Below the pieces are notes generated by a model, which was not told the DNA's origin, did no database searches, and was given only the letters and a program-made list of their open reading frames with translations. From Mobula birostris (Eukaryota), in NCBI RefSeq assembly GCF_030028105.1, contig NC_092395.1:44048459-44112458 (forward strand): a DNA stretch of 64,000 nucleotides, in the 5' to 3' direction. The first letter of the stretch is position 1; the number at the start of each line of letters is the position of its first letter. The translations under genes and the position numbers were made by a program. Below are positions 23,930 to 35,686 of this stretch, piece by piece.

Positions 23930-26900
23930 ATGAATGTAAGAACTGATAAAAAGTACTTTCACATGTATAAGAATTACAAAAAGGAGCTATGTTGTTGTGG
24001 CCATTACAGGGACCTGGATGGTGCAGGGCAGGAATGGCTACATCAAGTACCAGGCTTTAGAAGTTTCAGAAAGGACAGGGAGGGAGGGAAAAGAGGTGGA
24101 GGAGTTACACTGTTGATCAGAGACAATGCCACGGCTGCAGAAAAGGAGAAGGTCATGGACGTGTTTCCTACGGAGTCTCTGTGGGTGGAAGCTAGAAATA
24201 GGAAGGAGTCAATAACTCTACTGGTTGTTTTTTATAGACCACCCAATAGTAACAGGGATATCGAGGAACAGATAGGTAAATAGATTTTACAAATGTGTAA
24301 TAATAACAGGGTTGTGGTGGGAGATCTCAATTTCCCAGATATTGATTGGCATCTCCCTAAAGTGAAGTGTTTAGATGTCGTCGTCGTGGCTATCCCTCGA
24401 GGTCGAGGATGATGGTCTTCATTCTGAAGAAGTGGCCCACAGAGTGAAGACGCATGTGTGTGTGCTTGTTAACTTGTACTTGATGTTGCACTCCAAGAAG
24501 CACATGATACTTCACAAATCAACCAACTGATTCCAGTGGCATGGAAACCACAACGATTTGAGCTGGTGGAGTTATTGCAGCCTTCATCCACCTTCACAGC
24601 CGTTGAGTTTGGAGTAACTTCGTCCGTCTGCTCCACCGTTGAGGTCTTGGTTGGATTATTCTTTGTCGGGGACCTCGCCCTCGACCTTACCGCCATGCGT
24701 GACACTACCAGGAGCATAGCTCCAGACGGCATTGCTCTCAGGATCACAGGACCACACAAGCTTCTCCACCACGACAAGGTGACAATCCAAAGGTGACAAA
24801 TGTGGTGACATTTGTTAGGTGTGTTCAGGAAGGTTTCTTGACACAACATGCAGATATGCCAACAAGAGGAGATACTGTACTTGATCTGGTATTGGGAAAT
24901 GAACCTGGTAAGGTGTCAGGTCTCTTAGTGGGGGAGTATTTTGGAGATAGTAATCACAATTCTATCTCCTTTACCATAGCATTGGAGAGAGAGACAGGAA
25001 CAGACAAGTGAGGGAAACGTTTAATTGGAGTAAGGGAAAATATGAGGCTATCAGGCAGGAACTTGGAAGCTTAAATTGGAAACAGATTTTCTCAGGGAAA
25101 CTTATGGAAGAAATGTGGCAAATATTCAGGGGATATTTCCGTGGGGTTCTGCATAGTTACTTTCCACTGAGACAAAGGAAAGGATGGCAGGGTACAGCAA
25201 CTGTGGTGTACAAAGGTTATTGTAAATCTAGTCAAGAAGAAGAGAAGAGCTAACGAAATGTTTTTTTAAAACGAAGTAATGATAGAGACCTAGAGGATTA
25301 TATGGCTAGCAGGAAGGAGCTTAATAATGAAATTAGGAGAGCGAGAAGGGGCCATGAGAAGGCCTAGGCGAGCAGGGTTAAAGTAATTTCCAAGGCATTC
25401 TATAATTACGTGAAGAGCAAGAGGATAAGACCTGAGACAATAGGGCCAATCAAATGTGACAGTGGAATGGTGTTTATGGAACCGTAGGAGAAGCAGAGCT
25501 ACTTAATGAATACTTTACTTCAGTATTCACGAAGGAAAAAGACCTTGGCGATTGTAGGGAAGACTTGCAGCGCACTGAAAAGCTTGAACATGCAGGTATT
25601 AAGGAAGAGGATCTCCTGGAGCTTATGGAAAGCATCAAGTTGAGTAAGTCACTGCGACTGGACAGCATGTACCACAGGCTCCGGTGGGAAACGAGGAAGG
25701 AGACTGCTGAGTCTCTAGCGATGATCATTGCATCATCAGTGGGGACGGGAGAGGTTCCAGTAGATTGGAGGGTTGCGTATGTGGTTTCCTTATTCAAGAA
25801 ACGGGGGGGGGGGGGGGCGAGATAGTCCAGGACATTATAGACCAGTGAGTCTTACCTCAGTGGTTGGTAAGTGGATGGAGAAGATCCTAAGTGGCAGGAT
25901 TTATGACCATTTGGAGAGACATAGTATGATTAGGAATAGTCAAAATGGCTTTGTGAAAGGCAGGTCGTGCCTTAATAGCCTGATTAACTTTTTTGAAGAT
26001 GTGACCAAACACATCGATGAAAGTAAAGCTGTAGATGTAGTTTATATGGATTTCAGCAAGATATCTGATGAGGTACCCCATGCAAGGCTTATTTAGAAAG
26101 TATGGAGGCATGGGATCAAAGGGTACATTGTCTTGTGGATGCAGAACTGCCTTGTCCACAGAAGAGAAAGTATGGTTGAAGACGGGTCATTTTCTGCATG
26201 GCAGTCGGTGACCAGTGTTGTGCCTCAGGGATCTGTCCTACTCTACGTGATTTTTATAAATCTCCTGCATGAGGAAGTGGAGGGATGGGTTAGTAAATTT
26301 ACTAATGACACAAAGGTTGGAGGTGCTATGGATAGAGTGGAGGACATTAATGGCAAGACTGTTGTGAGTATGGAAGATCAAAGGGTTCTTGGGGTCCTAG
26401 TCCATAGGACACTCAAAGCTGCTATGCAGATTGACTCTGTGGTTAAGAAGGCATACGGTGTATTAGCCTTCATCACTCTTGAGATTGAGTTTAAGAGCCG
26501 AGAGTTAATATTGCAGCTACATAGGACCCTGGTCAGACCCCACGTGGAGTACTGTGCTCAGTTCTGTTCGCCTCACAGCAGGAAGTACGTGAAAACCATA
26601 GAAAAGGTACAGAGGAGATTTACAAGGGTGTTATCTGGATTGGGGAGCATGGCTTATGAGAACAGGTTGAGTGAACTCGGCCTTTTCTCCTTGTACCGAC
26701 GGAGGATGGGAGGTGACCTGAGAGAGGTGTATAAGATAATGAGAGGCATTGATCGTATGGATATTCAGAGCCTTTTTCACAAGGCTGAAATGCCTGGGGC
26801 AAGAGGGCATATTTTTGAGGAGCTTGGAAGTAGGTGCAGAGGAGATGTCAGGGGTAATTTTGTCTTCGCAGAGAGTGCTGAGTGCGTGGAAATGGGTTGA

Positions 26901-27070
26901 CGACGGAAACGACAGGTTCTTTTAAGAGACTCCTGAATGGATAAATTGAGCTTAGAAAAATAGAGGCCCATGGGTAAGCCTAGGTAGTCCTAAGGTAAGC
27001 AAATGTTCGGCACAGTTTTGTGGGCCGAAGAAGCCTGTATTGTGCTGTAGGTTTTCTATGTTTCTGTTCT
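23930..27070 (+). mobile_element. CR1 LINE ORF2 (endonuclease-RT-3' end), degenerate
   Basis: VVFYRPPNS, YRPVSLTSVVGKWMEKI...GFVKGRSCL..L..FFEDVT...VDVVYMDFSK and SVVPQGSVL...SKFTNDTKVGG, ending in a (TTCTATG)-like tail. Confidence 0.9.
24377..24792 (-). mobile_element. RTE-derived bipartite short element with a (GAC)n tail, inserted in the CR1
   Basis: On the minus strand it begins CCTTGTCGTGGTGGAGAAGCTTGTGTGGTCC (RTE/Expander-like 5' end) and ends GGATAGCCACGACGACGAC. The CR1 endonuclease frame resumes on the far side. Confidence 0.65.
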
Positions 27071-27079
27071 AATATGGGA

Positions 27080-27250
27080 CACACCTGTCCTGCCCCTCCC
27101 TCCCCAACACAATTATTCTGGCGTGCTCCCCATTCCATTCCCGTCCTGGTGAAGGATGTCGCCCCGAAACATCGACTGTTTATTCATTTTTTATATTTAT
27201 GCTGTCTGGATTGCTGGAGATCCTCCAACTTTTGTGTGTGTGCACTAAAT
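27080..27250 (+). mobile_element. Short Penelope terminal-repeat element with a decayed hammerhead (27143-27178); paralogue of 35580-35760
   Basis: CTGGTGA AGGATGTCGCCCC GAAA CATC GACTG, followed by the same flank (AAATAAACAT) as the 35.6 kb copy. Confidence 0.7.
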
Positions 27251-27254
27251 AAAC

Positions 27255-28480
27255 ATAATCCTGCGTTAGCTGTTGCCGTCCTGAACATATTGACTTTAGG
27301 GGTCACAGAAGCTGTTATAGAGGGAAGCGAGGACGTTATGAATCCCTACCTCCTCATTTTGACGTTGGTGCTCTTGGAGGTCACCACTAAGAAAACGGCA
27401 ACTGTCAGTTGTAAAGCGGAAGCGATACTTTGCAGAAGCAACAAGTGAGGACTCGGAGGGTGCCAGCATGTTGCATGCCCGAGGATGGATACACAGAGAC
27501 TATTGAACTTCCCGTCTTGGTGTCACCCTCCTTCATCCCCAACATCCCTCCCGCACCACCGATTACAGGGGCATTTCCAGATTAAGCAAATAACACACCT
27601 GGTTTGCCGAAGTTTCCATCTCTGTACGCCCCGGTAAAGCCGACGTACAGGTGTGGAAACTTAATTAAGCCCTCCTGAGGCGAAGGCCACTGACAGAGTC
27701 CTTTATCCTGGGCCTGACTTTCAAGTAGTAGCCCATTTTGGAAGATCCTTCCTCTCCCCGGGGATAGGATCTTTGGAGCTTTTGTAGGCATTTCTACAGC
27801 TCTGTTTTGTTTTTACCGAATGTGGTTGCTAACCCCGTGTCCAAGTGTCCTTCTTTCCCAGACCTGTTTGGGACCGTACAGGCGGAGTTCCCGGAGTTGA
27901 ATGTTGGTGCATTTAATTGGGCAGCAGGAACATCTTTACAGGAACAGCTCAAAAAGCAAAGCTTTCCGGAGAAACCAGCTGTCCATATTAGGAAAGAGAA
28001 TGGCCTGTCCAGACGTATATGGCAGATTGATTCCAGCAGGACAACTCCACGGCAGCTACTCTTTGATTATTTGCACAGCATGGTTGTCGCCTGTTTTCGT
28101 CTTATAATGGAAATTCCATGTATATTGGCGGATCAATCATACTCTGAAGGGCTTGCAGAAGTTAATCATTTGTTATGGGAACCCGCAAGAAATACAATCG
28201 TTCAATTGGTCTCATTTCACAGGGCAAGCACTGGAAGACTGGTCTGCCAGCAAAGGCATTCATTGGGTCTATCACACATCCTATTACCCCCAGGCATTAA
28301 AAGAATGAATGGACTCTTCGCCAATTAACGTGAACCCATTCCTTGCTGGTAACACTATCCCAACCTGTACAACCTGAGAACGGGTCCTTACCCCAAGATC
28401 GCAAATATACTTCAGCACAGGAGGAAGATGCAGGAACCAACGGGCCTCATACAGAGGGGAGGGAAAGTGCAAACATGATA
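27255..28480 (+). mobile_element. Class III (ERV-L/spuma-related) endogenous retrovirus pol relic: connection, RNase H start, integrase
   Basis: Frame fragments KRKRYFAEATSEDSEGASMLH, TWFAEVS, WQID and YGNPQEIQS.N.SHFTGQALEDWSASKGIHWVYHTSYYPQA...RMNGL resemble ERV-L KWKWYI..., AWFTDGS, WQVD and GIHWSYH...ERWNGLL. Confidence 0.75.
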
Positions 28481-29987
28481 AAATCGGACCGAGACTGTTC
28501 TTTAGCTCTTGAGAGAGAAGGAGGGAGATGCCTAAATTAAAGGGCGGGGGTGGGGTAGGGAATGAAGGCTAAATGGAAAGTGATAGCTGAAACCAGGCCG
28601 ATGGAAAAGTTCAAGGGATAGGGAAAAAATATCACAGGAGAGAAGAGCGGACAATGGGAGAAAGGTACGGAGGGTGGGACCCAGGACCCTGTATGGAGGT
28701 GACGGAGCAGATGTGCGGGAGGAAAAGTATGTGAGCATATTCCAACTTAACTACTTTGAAAGAGGAAGATGGTGGCACACAGAAATGATGGTACATACTG
28801 CATGCCAGTGCGAGGAAAAGAATATCTGATGTGTTCAAACAGGGGGAAAACAAATGGAATAATTTTAACACTCTGAAAAACTGGTAATAACGGTGCATTG
28901 TTCTGCTTTAGGTAGATTGAAGGTGCTAGTACTATTGCAATCCGCAATATAGTTCTTCCTTTGAATCGAGATATAGAGAGTACTGTCTGGATGCTTGGAA
29001 AGGATACGCGGATAGCCAGTAAGGAAGAAGACATTCTCCGTTGTGATAACACCCCTTGCCCTGACACGTTCGTGGAAGCTGAGGAACAAACTTTCAAATG
29101 CACTTTTGGCTCAGCCTCCCATCATAAATTGCTATAGTCACACTATTTGTTTAGCTTGTTCTGCAGTTAATTTAGCCGACTGCCCTTATGAAGTCTATTA
29201 ATGATAATTCCACTGTTTAAACAGTTATATTAAAGGTACTGCCTGTATTTAGTATGTATTTTGCTCTTGTATAATCTACCAAGGAGGAATCAACGGGTGG
29301 AGTGTAAGAAAAAAGTTGAAATTGACTCCTTGTTAGCATATGCTAAATGTGTAACACACAATGGGGATTTGTAAGATATTAGTCTTGAATGTGGGAATGA
29401 GTTGAGAAAGGACAAAGAGACCTGTCCACAACAATATTTGGAGAAATGAGTGTGAGCCATATTCTACATCCCCGAGAGTAGATAATGATGGAATAGCCCT
29501 TTGTCTGTGAAGACAAAATTGTTCAGCATCCTGGTACTGTCCCAAGGGAAATGATTCGGGACGTTCCAGGGGACTTGAACGGTGTTAAACAGGGCAATGT
29601 TTTGTACGTTGGGATCTTTTCTTATTCTGGGTCACGACTAGTGCTGGAGTTGGAAATAGATACAAGGACATCGAGAGAGAGCCAATCCTCCCCACTCCGA
29701 CCTCCTTCCCTGTTCGCTTAGAAGACTCTTTTTCTCACCTCAGCAATTCCGTCAACCCCCAGGGCTGTCTGTTTTTCTGTCGGTGTCTCTCCCTCTTCCT
29801 CTGTCCCCCGCCCCCTCATTCCATTCTCCACCAAATGCAAAACTGTAGGATTTCAGACTTCCAGACTTCCATGGTCGGTGCCGTTCAACGCGCCCGAGCC
29901 TCCTCCCTCGTCCCACCCGGATTAGAATGGGAAGCGTATACAGGAGAACACGACGCACACATGGAAATCATTCCTGCACTGAACATC

Positions 29988-29993
29988 TTTATT
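29988..29993 (-). terminator. PolyA signal AATAAA of IgL cluster 2
   Basis: TTTATT on the plus strand ~350 nt past the C stop; conserved at 36734-36739. Confidence 0.75.
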
Positions 29994-30340
29994 CGCAGTT
30001 TGTGACAGTCGCCATCCGTCAGTCTGGTACTGATGAAAAATCATTAACAGACTCATTAAGAACTTCAGTTAGATCCATCCCTGGGAGCAGAGAAAACAAT
30101 TCACTCGCTGATATTTCTAATGCTGACAAGTAACAGGCCATTTTTACCCCACGTAGCTTCCCTGTGGGTGAAACGAAACAAAATCAGCCTCGGGTACAAA
30201 TATTCTAACAACACAGTGGTAAACACAAAGAGCTGATCAGAGTTTGATGTGCAGTGAAGAGAGTGGTAGAGGGTGAAAAATGCAAGAAAAACAGTTGACT
30301 CCTGCAGTTCGGAGCAAACAAATACAAAACCGCGTTCTGT

Positions 30341-30662
30341 TTAACAGCTGGATTGTCCGTCTGTGCGGATGTTGTGGAGGCTGCTCCTAGTTTAACCACG
30401 CAGGAGAATACCTTGCCACTGTTCCAGTCTGTGCCGGGTACCGTCAGGAAGCTGCTAGAAATGAACATGTAGTCTGTATTCCGCCTCACTGCGCTGGTTT
30501 TCACCTCACGGCTGGTCGGTCTCGCGTCCACTGTCCAGCTGACGACAGGGAAGCCCACCGGCAGCTTACTGGCCAGGCAGACTAAGCTACCTATTCGTTA
30601 AGTGGAGATCTCTTCCGCAGACGGCCCAAGCAGTTTTATTAAAGTTTCCGGGAGCTGCTTAT
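30341..30662 (-). pseudogene. IgL-sigma: Ig light chain sigma-type C exon, cluster 2 (pseudogene)
   Basis: Intact acceptor TCCAG|AT. Reads KLLGPSAEEIST*RIGSLVCLASKL...VSWTVD...SSFLTVPGTDWNSGKVFSCVV. In-frame TAA at 30598-30600, and a 1-nt deletion shifts the terminal SSC* out of frame. Confidence 0.9.
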
Positions 30663-31503
30663 CTGGATCGCGAGCAAGAGGAGACGTCTTTCTGATCAAG
30701 GATGATCTATCGACATTTCACAATTAGATGGAAGCGCGAATGAAAGGTTTCGTCTTCCCATAATGGGGCCCAGGGCTTCACTAGGGAACAGGTCAGCGCT
30801 CACGGAGGGCAGTGCATTTTAGTCAACACTGAATGACTGGATATTAGCGGTCAAATCCGTGTTTGAGGATTTTCCTGTTGAGTAGCTGGATTACAGCATC
30901 ACCTGCAAGTGACCACCTCCAGCTCTCGGGGTCTACTCTGACCTGTGTTAGCAGTGACACATACCCACCCACTCATCACTAATGAGCCCCTTCCGACCTG
31001 TGACACCCACAGCTGTAACGAGAAAATGTATCATAGCCTGCGTTTTCCGAATGTGTACGGCGACACCAGCGCGGTCCTAAGTTTCAAAGAGCTGATTTAG
31101 GTAAGTCACCCTGTGATCTGTGACGATGAAAAAGGAAAGTGGACTTTTCCACACACGCGATGCTCCGGCCTTAGCCGGTGCACCGACCGAAATAACATGA
31201 AACCTGTCGTTCTGTTGTCTTGACTACGGTGGGCTACATCAAGTCCACAGTGATACCTCGGCTACATCATGTATGCAGTGATACCTCGGGGCGAATTTTT
31301 GGGAGGATGGAACTCTTCACGCTGGCTTCTAACAAACCAGAGCAAAAGCGTCTAGACTAATGGGACTGCAAACACCCAAACAGAGAGTTGGGCGGTCAAC
31401 TTCAGAAACGAAATATTAAAGTGCAGATGCCAGAGACACTACATACGGCACCAGAAAGCGAACACAACTGAAAATAGACTTTTTTAAAAAAACGATAACA
31501 ATT

Positions 31504-32171
31504 TTTTTTAAGATTATGAGAACACTCAGTCCTCTTTTATTGTCATTTAGAAAAGCATACATGCATTAAAATGATAGAATGTTTCTCCGGAGTGATTAAC
31601 ACAGAAAACAAGACAGACCAAAGACTAACACCGACAGAACCACATAATTATGACATATAGTTACAGCAGTGTAAAGCAGTACCATAATTTGATAAAGAAC
31701 AGACCATAGGCACAGTAAAACAAAATAGTCTCAAAGTCCCGAGTCGATCGACTCCCGAGTCCCCGATAGCAGGCGGCAAAAGGGAGAAACTCCCTGCCAT
31801 AAACTTGCCGATACACTGGAAGCAGACGACCCCAGCCGACCCTGAGTCCACCCATCCGAAAACTCCGAGCTTCCGAGCAGCCTCTCCGATACAACCTCCC
31901 GAGCGCTTTCGACCTCTCCCCGGCCGCTGAAACACGCAAAGCCGAGGATTTTGATTCCTTCAGCTCCAGAGATTCCAGTTACCACACAGTAGGAGCGGTA
32001 GCAAAGCAGGCATTTCAGAAGTTTCCCAGATGTTCCGCTGTGCGCTCCCGTCTGTCTCCATCAAATCAGGATTGTGCACGGTCCCCTACTTGACAAATAA
32101 CTGATATTCATCACCGAAGTGGCCGCGCGCGCTGTCGTCGCGCCGCCATCTTCTCCCCCCTCCCGGGAGGA
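31504..32171 (-). mobile_element. Non-autonomous retroelement (copy A2) in the cluster 2 J-C intron
   Basis: Reverse complement of 93-761. Absent from the paralogous intron, where GATAACAATT-CACAACACAAC is contiguous at ~41071-41090. Confidence 0.85.
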
Positions 32172-32358
32172 TTTCACAACACAACTCTACACTCACTGAA
32201 CACATCTCTGTATACACTCGATATGGACCACGGATTGGTTGGTAAATGTGTGTTTTCAATGTAAATTAGCCAACAAATGATAATATAAATATTATTAATT
32301 GTCAGGTGACCGTATTCATGCAGCTACTAATTACAGGAGGGATTTCCCTGTAACTTAC

Positions 32359-32612
32359 CTGTAACAAAGAGCTTGGTCCCTGGGCCGAACAAGTAATAAT
32401 TGTCCGATGAATCCCGCTTTCCGCAGTAATAGATGGCAGCGTCATTCAGCTCCACATGTTTTTTTTATGATTAACTGGTAAACGGTACCGGCGCTGTTGA
32501 CTGTCGACGTGAAACGGTCGCTGCTAACCCCAGACCCGTAGGTGGACGCGCTGTGGGAGTGATGGTAGTACAGGATCCATTGTGGGGCTGTTCCCAGTGT
32601 TTGCTTGCACCA
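32359..32612 (-). pseudogene. IgL-sigma: Germline-joined V(FR2-FR3)-J of IgL sigma cluster 2, frameshifted
   Basis: WCKQTLGTAPQWILYYHHSHSASTYGSGVSSDRFTSTVNSAGTVYQLII, then a +4 nt insertion at ~32456-32466, then VELNDAAIYYCGKRDSSDNYYLFGPGTKLFVT G|GTAAGT. No RSS between V and J. Confidence 0.92.
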
Positions 32613-33519
32613 GTTAACAACATCGCGAAGAGATTGGGACCCCCACCTGTCGCGCTGAACCCATATCGAACAAGTTACACGCTGAACCGAGTCAACAAAT
32701 ACACGCATGTGAAACTCCTTTTGATTGCATATCAGAAGGTGGGTAACTGCAACACGGAGGAAATACTTATGGGAGAAGCCCCAGGGAAGAGTCATCACTG
32801 GTCAATGGAGCTGATGGTGCTGAACTCCTCAGGCAATGAGGGAAAGTTGGACCACGCAAAGAATAAAACTACATGGTTTAACTCTGGACAGAAGTGTAAA
32901 GTGAGAACTATTAAATAATTCCATACAGTGATTTATAACAGAATTGATGTGTTATTGGAAACTGTTTTCAGTATCATTTAATGAGCGCTAGAGGTTAAAT
33001 CGGAGCGTTTCCCTTGAACAACTGTCAGTTGTTGGGTCAAGCATCACGGTGTGTCGAAACCACAGTGTAGCAATGTCCTTAGGTCAATTGTTGGATCTAA
33101 ACAAGGTGCATAATGGAAGGCCAGCAAAAGTTACTGTTGCTAACCCGAAGGATAAATTTCTTTCATATACATATTTTTGTCCAATTCCTTATAAACTTCC
33201 AAGAAGTAATGCAGAGAGAGTGTGCGATTTCCAGTTTTATATGTTGTGCTGTTCTGTATATTCAGCTGTCAGATGTTTACCTTGATCCAACTGAGAGGAA
33301 AAGAACTGAATAAATGACCCATATTTTTATGCTTCCGGTGATCATACACAAAATAATTAGTACCATTCTTTTTCAAAAAAAGTGTTACTGAAATAAGCTC
33401 ACTCTTCCAAGTTAACATTTTTTTCGGTATTGTGAAGTAGTCTATTGATATCCCGTCATCCTGACATGCAAACAAACAAAAATGCTGTCGTGACTCAAGC
33501 AGTATGTACACAGGGAAAT

Positions 33520-34560
33520 AAACGCTTGGTGTTACAGGCCGCGACCCTTCATCATAAGCAGACTAAATAAGACAATTGGGGTGGGACAGGTTGTGCGGAG
33601 TACAGGCCGGCAGGTGATAAGTGAGACCAGCTAATGTGGTTAGTCGGATGGGTAGATGACACAAGAAGCTAAGAGTTGATAGGTGGAATAGGCAAATGAC
33701 CGAAAAAAAAATAAGAATAAAATAGGAGACGACAGTGGTCTAAGGAACAAAGAGCGGGATGCGGTGGTGGAATCACAGAAGGAGCTGGTGGTCATGAGGC
33801 AAAGGAGGAGAAGAGAAAAAGTGAGAATGTTATCTGAACGGGAATGTCAAAAAGAGAACGGGAGGGAAAAGGAAGGGTTGGAAACTACTGGAAGTTAGCG
33901 AAATTGATATTCATGCTATGATGTTGGAGGCTATCTAGACGGAATGTGAAGCGTTGCTCATCCACCTGATAGCATGAATCATCATGTCAGTAGAGAGGCT
34001 GATTTCGAATAGATGGCTACAGAGAGATCCTGGCTTTTGGAGAGAGTAGAGTGAAGATGATTGACGAAGCGGCCCCCAGAGTATTTCTCGCCAATACAGA
34101 GAAGGCTCCATCGAGAGCACCAATACAGTAGGTGATCCAGGCAGACTTGTAGGTGAAGCAGTCCCTCACTTTGAAGGACTGCTTGAGGCCCTGAATGATG
34201 ATGATGGAGGGGTAGCACGTGACAGTGGTAGGGATAAGTGCCAAGTGGAAGACCAGTGGGGAGCGATGAGTGGACAAGAGAATAATGTAGGAGCAATCTT
34301 TATGGAAATGAGTGAGATGAATCTGGTGATGGGATCTCGAACGAGATGCCAGATTTGTGAAGAATTATATGCTGGATATTGAGGCCAATGTATTGTTAGG
34401 GAATGATCTATCCCTGTTACAATGGCGATAAGATGGGAAAAGGGCAGATGTGTGGGAAACGGAGGAGATGTGGGTGAGGGCAGCATCAATGATGAAAGAG
34501 AACCCTTGTTTTTATATAAATAAAAGAGGACATCTCACGTGTTCTAGAATAGAACATGCA
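33520..34560 (-). mobile_element. Penelope-like 3' fragment (GIY-YIG remnant)
   Basis: KQSFKVRDCFTYKSAWITYCI...CSRWSLLCIGE, with a terminal repeat carrying a decayed hammerhead at ~33521-33556. Confidence 0.85.
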
Positions 34561-35206
34561 TGGCATGGATATAGGAACTGAGAAAAAGGAATAGCAATTT
34601 TACATGTATAAGGATGGGAAAACATATGTTCAAGGTAACTGTGAGATTTGGTGGGCATTAAAAAATGTCAATAAATGTCTCTGGAGATGTGGTGTTATGT
34701 GAGTTGTTCAATATTTCCAGCAGCTGCTGCTTTTGCGGTGTCATTGAATTTGCTGGTGGGTAGTTTATCAGCTTTTACCCGAACACATTTCCACAAAGAT
34801 TTGTGTATATTGTACAGTGGTCAGTACAGACGAGGTGGAGTGTGAGCAGTAAGATTCTGGGGTAATGTGGATGATACTCGACTAGTGAATTCCCATTGAA
34901 TGTCCAGTACTGACAGCACTTCTCTCGTTTCTAAATATAAAGAGCTCTGGTAAAGTGAGTTTCCTGGAGCTCTGTCTCCTATGAAATACACCGTGACCCT
35001 TATGATACAGAGGTGACCAACATCACAGTTCCCTTTTACCTTCATGGACGCGAGCTCTCCACTCAACTGGCAACATTGTGCTTACATCGACGGACTGGAG
35101 CCACAACATGTGTGACCAAAGGGTGCCACTGGTGCCAGGTCTTTTCTCACTATTCAGTTTTTGCCATATTATCGTGGTGCTGGGGGAAAACTAGTATTTT
35201 TAAAGA

Positions 35207-35209
<3 letters not shown>

Positions 35210-35238
<29 letters not shown>
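35210..35238. repeat. (TA)n microsatellite
   Basis: Read directly. Confidence 0.95.
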
Positions 35239-35240
<2 letters not shown>

Positions 35241-35649
35241 ATTTGGGATAGGTTTCGTGAAATCCACGCAAATATTAAAGCAAAACTACATTTAAGATTC
35301 TAGTATGAAACGTTGCATTCGTGTTGGAAGCAGGGAACTTGGATGTTTTAAAAGAGCAGATAATATAGGAGCAGGAGGGGACAGATGCTGACAGGATCTG
35401 GGCTATATTTCCTCCTGAGGGGCACAGTTTCAGAGTAATTAGTAATGTCGGAGCTGGGGAAGGATTTTCATTCTCAGGGAACTGAATCATTGGTATTCTC
35501 CACCCGATATGGAGGCTCCCGCACTGAGTACATTCGGCTGAGATAGATTGATGTTAGTCTCAGTGGAATCGTGTATGTACGGGCACACACTTGTCCTTCC
35601 CATTCATCCCTCACCACCTTTTTATTCTGATGTGTTCCCCCTTCCTTTC

Positions 35650-35686
35650 CAGTCCTGATGAAGGGTCCGGCCCGAAACATCGACTG
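35650..35686 (+). ncRNA. Minimal type I hammerhead ribozyme motif (one stem III substitution)
   Basis: CAGTC CTGATGA AGGGTCCGGCCC GAAA CATC GACTG. Stem I CAGTC/GACTG is perfect; CGTC>CATC disrupts the palindromic stem III. Confidence 0.6.

Noticed and set aside
28747-29103. 118-aa ORF downstream of the ERV integrase relic, possibly env
   Set aside because: No env-like motifs or hydrophobic pattern recognisable in any frame.
32820-32880. Leader-like frame CSFILCVVQLSLIA upstream of cluster 2
   Set aside because: The ATG is out of frame and followed by TAG, with no GT donor and no octamer upstream.
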